Positions 56,901 through 64,000 of a stretch of 64,000 nt of DNA are shown in pieces. Source of the DNA: Chiloscyllium plagiosum (taxonomy: Eukaryota); assembly GCF_004010195.1 (NCBI RefSeq), contig NC_057728.1:50560870-50624869 (forward strand), in the 5' to 3' direction. The stretch's first letter is position 1; each line of letters begins with the position of its first letter. The notes beneath the pieces are model-generated. The model searched no databases. It saw nothing but the letters and a program-made list of their open reading frames with translations, and had not been told where the DNA came from. Both the position numbers and the translations under genes were made by a program.

Positions 56901-59900
56901 CAACAGATATGATTGTGACCTCAGTTGCACATCCCTGTCTCACCCTGAACCTTTGACTCCTTTGTTAATCAATCCTTCTTCCTTTTTAAATATTTAATGA
57001 CTCTGCCTCCATCACTCTCTCCATGGGATAATCTAGAAGGGAATGTCATAGTATTAGGTTAAGGAGTGGCAGGTGAGGATAATTACTTCTCTTGAAGGGT
57101 TATGCCTCTGTGGAATTTGCTACCCTGGAGTGTGGTGGATACCAGGACATTGAGTAAATTGGAGGAGATAGACAGACTTTAAATTAGCAACAAAAACAGA
57201 AGTCAAGAAAAATCAGCTAATGTTTTGGGCCCAGTGACCTTTCCTTCTAAGTTTTAGTTTTGTCTGAAAGGTCTTGGAGAACAGGCAGGAAAGTGGAGTT
57301 GAGACCAAGATGAGATTAGCCAGGACCACATTAAATGGTGGAACAGGCTCAAGAAGCTGAATGGCCTATTCCTACTGCTCTTCAATGAAGATATCCAAAA
57401 CTCATGATCTTTTTGAGGGGGGGGTTGGGAATGTATTCCTCCTTATCTCTGTCTTAGATGGGAGAAATGGTGGAACAGGCTCAAGAAGCTGAATGGCCTA
57501 TTCCTACTGCTCTTCAATGAAGATATCCAAAACTCATGATCTTTTTGAGGGGGGGTGGGAATGTATTCCTCCTTATCTCTGTCTTAGATGGGAGAACCCT
57601 TTCCTTAATTCTATCCTATCGAACAAGGGGGAGCAACACTTCAGTATTCACGCTGTCAAGAACTGTCAGATTCTCAAAAATGAGTACTCCTCATTCATCG
57701 GCCCAATGAATACTGGCCCAACACTTCTTCCTCCTTAAGATAAACCCCAAATTGTGGCTATCAAGTAAGTTAAATCTTGTAAATGGCTTCCAATATATTT
57801 ACAATCTTCCTTTAAATCAGAGTTCAAATTATATAGTGTTCCAGATGTGGTCTCATCAATATTCCACAGCACTGCATCAAAACATCCTTTTTATATTCCA
57901 TTTCCCCTGATGTACACACAACAATATTTAATTTGAGTTCCAAATTACTTGCTGTAGCTGCATACTAACTGTGTTACCAGGACACCCAGACCCCTGCCAC
58001 TCTGTACCTTTTAAATACCTCCATCTCTCTTCTTTTTAACTGTTGGTTTTCTATTCCTGCCAAAGTGGATGCTTTCATATTTTCCCACATAGTCCATGTG
58101 CCAGATTTTTGCCAACTTGCTAAGCTATCTATATTCCTTTTCTGGACTCTTGTGCGCTTCATAACTTGCTTTCCAATCCAATCTCACTTGTTTTGTAGAC
58201 CCATTGGTCTGTGGAATAATGTTACTTCTGCCAAGTAGAGAGAATTTGTAATTAGTGGTTTTAGTTTTGTTGTATTTGACTCTGTTATGGGCTTTCTATT
58301 CATTTTAAAATGTGTATTAATTTCTAGCTCCTGAAACAATCACTGATTTGTTCTACAAGCGAGCTGTTGATGGAGGCTTTTTCTCCTGGAAACCCCCACC
58401 AGTATTTCATGGTGTTTCTATCAGCATTGTTAACACATTAACAGTTTTCACCAGGAAGAATTATTACCAAGTGCTGGGCTTAGAATCTTGCACCCAATAC
58501 CAGTTTGTGTTTGAAGTAGTCTGTGGGCACTGGAGGAGTGAAGCTATCACCAGGACTGAGTTCACAGGTATGCGAGAATTTATTAACAATTGCAAGCCTG
58601 TAGTATAAAGACACTTTTTAATTTTAGATTTTTCTATATTTTTAATTGTGGACAAATGAGAACAGAACCAAGGATTGCTGTACGGTTTGAAAGCAAGAAA
58701 CTTGATACTAGCTTTCAAAACATATTCATGGTGAATACTTTGCCCAGTAGCTGTTTCCATCTTTGGTTACAGGTGAGTGGTAGTTGATCAGTTATTGACA
58801 ATGACAAAGGCCTAGCTGTGAACAAGATACATGGAAGCCTTCAGATCTCCCATCAGCTCAGCTCTCTCTTCTCTGCAGTAAAAGCCAGGTTAAGTCTGAA
58901 ACACACACAATACTTTAAATTCATCAGTTGTTGTAAGCTATGACTTTTAATCAATAAATCAACCTTTTGTAAGTGAAGTAGCCAACTTATACCTTGTGAA
59001 AGCATCTGGAGAAGGAATACTGAGAAACAGCAATTCTGATCAGCACAAAAGCATCCCAGGGAATCCTGTGAACAGAGATCACAGAACTGCTTTCCTATTT
59101 TCCCTCTGTCCAATACAAGTGTAATGCACCAAGAATAGCATTGACTTTTGTCTGTTAAAGATTCCAATCATTCAATAGCCTGCCAGTACATCAAAAGAAA
59201 TTAACTATTTGAATATTTTGTTGGTGGTTTTCTCATTATGTGCAAATATTCCCAACACTGGAGGTGTGGGAAGGTGGGGAGGGAGAGAATGGAGATGTAA
59301 GGGGGTGGCATAAAGAATAACTTCTATATTCCCTGTATAATACACAGGAATTTACTGCATCTGAAGTAATTGTGCATTGTCTCCAGCTCCATCTGGATCA
59401 TGAACGTGCACAACTAGGGTGGGAATGGGACTGACTCGATTGCATCTACAATGATAGCAAACATTTAAAGGGCTGAATGGCCTCCTTTTATGTGCTGTAA
59501 TTCCCTTTTGTGTTATTATAACCTGAGTTAGGGTAAAGAGGGCAAATTCAAGAGATGACAAGAAACCAATGTTCTTGAACAAACTAGTGCATTTGGAGGG
59601 TCTGCTTTTTAACAGGTTTTTGTCTTTGAATTCCATAGGTTGTCCTGTAGACATCCCGCCTTCTGGTTATAGAAGCATTGTGGTGCTGCCAGAAACAATA
59701 CATGTCCACATTTACTTTCCTTGGATGTTTTCTGATTACATGAATGATCCGACTTCTAGAGCATACGTAAAGCTGGCAACTATTGCTAATTCCAAGGTGA
59801 GATTCAAATGAATGTTAAACCATGGTTTAACCTTAGAGAGGTAACAAGATAGAATAGCATGTTTGTGAAAGGAACCTCTTATGTGGTGAGATTGTAGCAT

Positions 59901-61838
59901 GGTGGCTCAGTGGTTAGCACTGTTGCCTCACAGCGCCAAGTTTGATTCCATTATGAGGTGACTGTTGAGTTTGCACATTCTCTCCCCATGTCTGTGTGGG
60001 TTTCCTCTGGGAACCTAAATAGGGGAAAAGTTGATTCCTCTGCTCGGAGTCCTAAACCAAACTAATGGCTTTGTTCTGTATATTCTGCATGTCATAAATC
60101 CATCAACTTAAACATCGCATCCATTAAAATATCTTCTAACCAACCTGTACAGAGATGGTATTACAAGCCTCTTGGAGCAGGTGGGACTTGAACCAGTGTC
60201 TCCTGGCTCTGAGGTAGTAGCACAACCTCTATGCCACAAGATCCCTTCATCTTATCCATTAATAATTTTCATTTTTATTGATTTTTAGATTCTGCCATGG
60301 CTGGTTTTAAACCAATTTCTCTGGATTAATGGTCCAACAATAACATCTCTACACTACACTATTGCCTGCCCTTGCCACCATCTCCATTAATGTTATCTAT
60401 TTTCTAATCGCCCTCTTTAGAGTTGCTATCACTCACCTTTTTGGAGTAGCTGGGTTTTGAACCCAGAGGTAGGGACGCTACCACTGTGCTGCAAGGTGCA
60501 CTCCATCTTTTGCATTAGCTTTTTGTTCTTTTCTACATTTGAATACAAAGGTGCTGGATTGCAGTCACCTGCTTTAGTGATGTGGATCGGAATTCCAGGA
60601 TGACCACCTGATGTTTTTCTTTCTTTAAAGAAGTTCTTTGGACTGACCAAAATTCCTCCGCTTCTATTTTAAAGTTCACCTTCTAAAACTCAGAATATAT
60701 TGCCTTTTTTTTTTGTCGCAACATCCTGCCTTAAATATGGAGGCAAAACTGTACTCACTACTCCATTACTTTGCCTCTGCGGCAAAACATCCATCCTTCA
60801 TATTGCATTCCTCTCCAACAAATAATAATTCAATTTTTGGACCATTTAGAATATAATAATAAAAAGGGATGAGTGCAGGGCCATTAGACTAATTTGATAA
60901 TGTTTCAAAAAGCTGGCACAATCATAATGGTGTACTTAATATATCATTCCATAACCCATCTTGAGTAGAGTTATTTCTATCTGGTGAAAGATTAGACTTT
61001 GACTATTTCCTTCTGTTTTTAAAGAAAGCCATGACACCTTTTCATTGAATAAAAATATTATGCCAGCATAAATTTAAATTTAAAACATGAATGAAAAGGT
61101 TAAAAAAAACTGTTACGTTGACAGGAGCAACAGTTTTAATAGACTGAAATATAGAGTGCCCCGGTCCTTCCATCTCCTGTGCCCAATGTTCTTGTATTAA
61201 TTTCACAGATTCTGCAGTTATTCCTGGATTCTGGTCAATTCTCCAGCGTAGAAGTAGAGATGTTGTACTTGTCAAAAAGCAATGATACAGTTGAGATGAA
61301 TGTTGCAGTGGGTGTCCACTTCAGTGACCCCACCTCAAGCCTTATGCATCTCTTGTCCGGTGTGAATCACTCTAATGTGTATCCAATGGGCAGTGGACTG
61401 TTCTGGAAAGGTGAGTGAACAACAGTTCCTTCTGTCACTTTAAAATGTATACCATCTCTAACCGCTGTTTTAATTACTCATTCAAATGTACCTCCTGTTT
61501 AGCTCAGCATCTGATTTATGAAATGTCTTCCCTTTTGAGTAAACAAATCTGGCTGCATTTTTCATTTGATTCTCCAGGTAGAAATTTAAACCAAACATTA
61601 GTTGTCCAAGTTCTTGGTTTTTTTTTTGTTTGTTTGTTAAATAACCGATAATGTGGATAATTGTTTATATAACCGTCATAAATTTAAAACTATTTTCGTG
61701 TAGATGAGGATGAATGTGCAAATGCTACAGCTAATGATTGCCCAGTGGAATCAGACTGCATCAACACGTTTGATTCTTTCACATGCGTTTGTCATCAAGG
61801 ATACTTCGAACCCAGTGGACATGAGAGAGCTTGTAAAG
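41901..61838 (+). CDS. Uromodulin-like-1-type extracellular glycoprotein, 5' part: signal peptide - FN3 x4 - SEA - EGF(Ca); continues past the window
   Basis: Exons 41901-41973, 50391-50645, 51535-51831, 53663-53914, 58328-58567, 59639-59796, 61209-61410 and 61704-61838 splice in frame with no stop. Possible extra exons between 43971 and 49468 are unresolved. The family label comes from the domain combination only. Confidence 0.8.
42625..43510 (-). mobile_element. Old CR1-type LINE 3' fragment
   Basis: Similar to the 6610-7600 region. Confidence 0.7.
43653..43748 (-). mobile_element. Family-A element with decayed hammerhead
   Basis: Minus strand ctgatgaagggcttctgcctgtaac; imperfect 15-bp TSD (43636-43650 / 43751-43765). 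Confidence 0.75.
43971..44040 (+). CDS. Candidate small exon (GAEPETCGAISLCWEVTSSLTSE)
   Basis: Pyrimidine tract plus aag acceptor, GAG|gtacag donor; open in phase 1->2, compatible with the flanking candidates. Confidence 0.4.
45770..47520 (-). mobile_element. Old CR1-type LINE ORF2 fragment
   Basis: MAEALNKYFSSVFT; VESGVPRDWFWDP (degenerate SGVPQGSVLGP); KFAD remnants. Confidence 0.75.
48131..48270 (+). CDS. Candidate exon (RQLYLNNNCVLEADRKSGSWF...), possibly an eroded C-type-lectin-like exon
   Basis: Strong T-tract plus ccag acceptor, gtatgt donor; open only when entered in phase 2. Confidence 0.4.
48361..48690 (-). mobile_element. HE1-type SINE
   Basis: Similar to 33131-33474. Confidence 0.88.
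49675..50085. mobile_element. Old fold-back element (family D) with hammerhead remnants in both arms
   Basis: tcttgcacttatcaggaca on the left versus tgtcctgtggagtgcaagatgaaa on the right; related to 26425-26760 and 48940-49075. Confidence 0.6.
50391..50645 (+). CDS. FN3-like domain exon 1 (RAAEFPLKITTVSTALSLSWG...LTPCECY...ASIT)
   Basis: Phase 1-1 exon, 255 nt, with SLSW and L-x-P-x-x-x-Y FN3 signatures; the acceptor is weaker than the others. Confidence 0.78.
51535..51831 (+). CDS. FN3 domain exon 2 (DPMPPSNLTIISSSAHSLTVYWDKP...)
   Basis: Phase 1-1 exon, 297 nt, classic PP-NL...SLTV-W motif. Confidence 0.9.
51975..52632 (+). mobile_element. CR1/HER1-type LINE 3' fragment
   Basis: EYCVHFWSP...LERIQKRFTRMLPGL. 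Confidence 0.9.
53663..53914 (+). CDS. FN3 domain exon 3 (APVKFVKVTQ...YVVSW...GLQPCTQ...TVAT)
   Basis: Phase 1-1 exon, 252 nt. Confidence 0.88.
53953..54960 (+). mobile_element. CR1/HER1-type LINE 3' fragment
   Basis: [30 protein letters not shown]. Confidence 0.92.
55301..56005. mobile_element. Tc1/mariner (Tigger/pogo-like) non-autonomous DNA element
   Basis: TA-cagaggatcctcgattatcc ... gggtaattgaagttcctctg-TA. Confidence 0.82.
57333..57594. repeat. Near-perfect tandem duplication (132 + 130 bp)
   Basis: The copies differ only in a G/T homopolymer tract. Confidence 0.92.
58328..58567 (+). CDS. FN3 domain exon 4 (APETITDL...FSWKPP...GLESCTQYQF...EFT)
   Basis: Phase 1-1 exon, 240 nt. Confidence 0.9.
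59639..59796 (+). CDS. SEA-like domain, first exon (GCPVDIPPSGYRSIVVLPETIHVHIYFPWMFSDYMNDPTSRAYVKLATIANSK)
   Basis: Phase 1->0; F-S-D-x-x-N-D-P-T-S-x-x-Y-x-x-L pattern typical of SEA modules. Confidence 0.82.
61209..61410 (+). CDS. SEA-like domain, second exon (ILQLFLDSGQFSSVEVEMLYLSKSNDTVEMNVAVGVHF...LFWK)
   Basis: cacag acceptor, gtgagt donor, phase 0->1. Confidence 0.82.
61704..61838 (+). CDS. Calcium-binding EGF exon (DEDECANATANDCPVESDCINTFDSFTCVCHQGYFEPSGHERACK)
   Basis: D-x-D-E-C and C-x-N-x-x-x-S-F-x-C-x-C consensus, six Cys, phase 1-1. Confidence 0.93.
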
Positions 61839-62024
61839 GTATAGTTCTCTTCTCCTGTCAATGAGAAGCTGAAACTTTAATGTGGGCATCTTTTCTTAAT
61901 TCACTTAATGAATAAACTGAGACACTTTCAACAAACCGATAGTGCCATTATACTGTAAAACACTCAGCAACTTTTTTTTTAAACTTTTTGTGTGGAGCTA
62001 GAGAGTGAGGGAAAAATAGTTAAA

Positions 62025-62675
62025 TAGAGTCATAGAGATGTACAGCATGGAAATAAACTCTTCGTCCAAATTGTCCATGCCGACCAGATATCTTAACCTT
62101 ATCTAGTCCCATTTTCCAGCACTTTGCCCATATCCCTTTAAATCCTTCCTATTCATATACCCATCCAGATGCCTTTTAAATGTTGTAATTGTACCAGCCT
62201 CCACCACTTCCTCTGGCAGCTCATTCCATACACTCACCACCGTCTGTGTGAAAAAGTTGCCTCTTAGGTCTCTTTTAAATCTTTCCTCTCTCACCCTAAA
62301 CCTATGCCCTCTAGTTCTGGACTCCCCCACCCCAGGGTAAAGACTGTCTATTTACCCTATCCATGCCCCTCATGATTTTATGAGCCTCTAAGATCACCCC
62401 TCAGCCTCCGTTCCAGGGAAAACGACCCCAGCCTGTTCAGCTTCTCCCTATAGCTCAAAACCTCTAACCCTGGCAACGTCTTTGTAAATGTTTTCTGAAC
62501 CCTTTCAAGTTTTACAACATACTTCCAATAGGATGGAGATCAAAAATGCAGACAGTATTCCAACAGTGGCCTAACCAATGTCCAGTACAGCTGCCACATG
62601 ACCTCCCAACTCCTATACTCAATGCTCTGATCAATAAAAGAAAGCATACCAAACGCCGCCTTCACTATCCTATTT
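62025..62675 (-). mobile_element. CR1/HER1-type LINE 3' fragment
   Basis: GESRTRGHRFRVREERFKRDLRGNFFTQ. Confidence 0.9.
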
Positions 62676-64000
62676 CAAGCTGATGGCATTTCCATCAGCA
62701 CTGGAATAAGTTTATAGGTTTAATGGTTCATAAGCAGCCGGGTAAGAAGGTTGAACTCTATGCTTGATTTTCTTACTGATTTAAAAATCTCAGCCTTGAG
62801 CACATTAATCACCCAGTCTCAATAACTCTGCAGTGTTTCTTTTTTAAGAAAAAATCAGATTTACTAATCTGAGAAGAAACTCCTCCTCATCTGTATTAAA
62901 TGATCAATTCTTTTACTCTCCTTGTGCTGTCTGGCCCTACACTCTCCTACAAGGGGAAGTGATGTTTCTACATCTATTCCTAGCATCTGCATAAGAATCT
63001 TTCATATTGCAATAAGGACACCCTTCATTTTTCTAAACTCCAATGAATATAATCTCGACCTCAACAGCTTTTCTCCATATCCAGGCTCCGTTTAGTGAAC
63101 TTTCTCTGAACTGCCTCTAATGCCAGAAGATGAAAGACCTCCTACTTTTTATACTCCATTCCCTTTTGAAACAAAGGCCAATGTTCCATTTGCCTCTCCC
63201 ATTACCTGTGGATACTAGCTTTTTGTGATTTAGGCACAAGGAGCCCTAAATTCCCTGAGTTGCAATTTTGTTTCATCTTTTTCTTTCCATTAAAGAACAA
63301 AAATTCAGCTCCTCTTTTCCTCCTGCCAAAACACATAACCTCCCCATTTTCCCGAAATTGTATTCCATCTGCGAGCTATTTGCCCATTCAACCTTTCCAT
63401 ATATCACTGCAGACTCGATCATCTTCGCTACTCGCCTTACATTTTTGGTAATCATTTTGGATTTTAAAGCTTTCTTAATCCTGAGGTTTATTGTTAATCT
63501 TTGTCACATTGTATTTTTTTTTCTTTCAACTTAGTCTATCCATGACTTACTTGTTTAACCGGTAGCTTATCTCCATCTGAGAATCTTCCTTTCTCTCTAT
63601 CTTTGCTGTGAACTTTTTTTAAAACGTCTGCCATTATTCCTCAGCCATCATTGTCGCTCAACTCATTTCAAAGTTCACTCTATTAAGCTGTGTCCTCATT
63701 CCTTTGTAATGGTCCTAATTTGAGTTTGACACAGTTGCTCCCAAACTAAGTTTCTCCCCCTCAAACTGAATGTTGCTGCAATTACAAAGGAATTGATATT
63801 TGGGAAGATATGGTAATTTTCTTTTGAAAGGGGTGGAAAGGATTGGTATTCAATCTAATATTGTCCATCCTGTTTTTTCCCTTTTTTTGCATTTTGTTTT
63901 TTCTTCAAGATGTCAGCTCCTTTCTGGAGTATAGTCTGAGTGTACATCCTTGAGCTATTTTAACCCAATGGCTGTTTCTTGTGTGTAAGGTCAGGCAATA

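Overview
This is eukaryotic, intron-rich DNA from a cartilaginous fish, inferred from HE1-type SINEs and CR1/HER1-type LINE tails. It holds three spliced protein-coding genes, all rebuilt exon by exon from GT-AG sites and reading-frame phase. (1) The last 8 coding exons of liprin-beta-1 (PPFIBP1; + strand, 1018-11670). (2) A complete 10-exon KRR1 (- strand, 36086-15111, about 364 aa), tail-to-tail with PPFIBP1. A 4 x 45-bp tandem repeat carrying ETS motifs abuts its start codon. (3) The 5' part of a secreted or membrane glycoprotein gene (+ strand, from 41901): signal peptide, 4 FN3, SEA, Ca-binding EGF, continuing beyond the window. It resembles uromodulin-like-1 proteins, but orthology is not established. 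Introns are packed with CR1 fragments, SINEs, two Tigger-like MITEs and a decayed Penelope-like (RT + GIY-YIG) element. The most notable signal is at least four to five distinct families of short, often fold-back elements that carry minimal hammerhead-ribozyme cores (CUGANGA...GAAA-NN-UH) with covarying stems; copies of two families have 13-16 bp target-site duplications. A second is a repeated Cys pattern suggesting a chain of inter-domain disulfides across the FN3 array. Repeat boundaries are approximate, and no database search was run.
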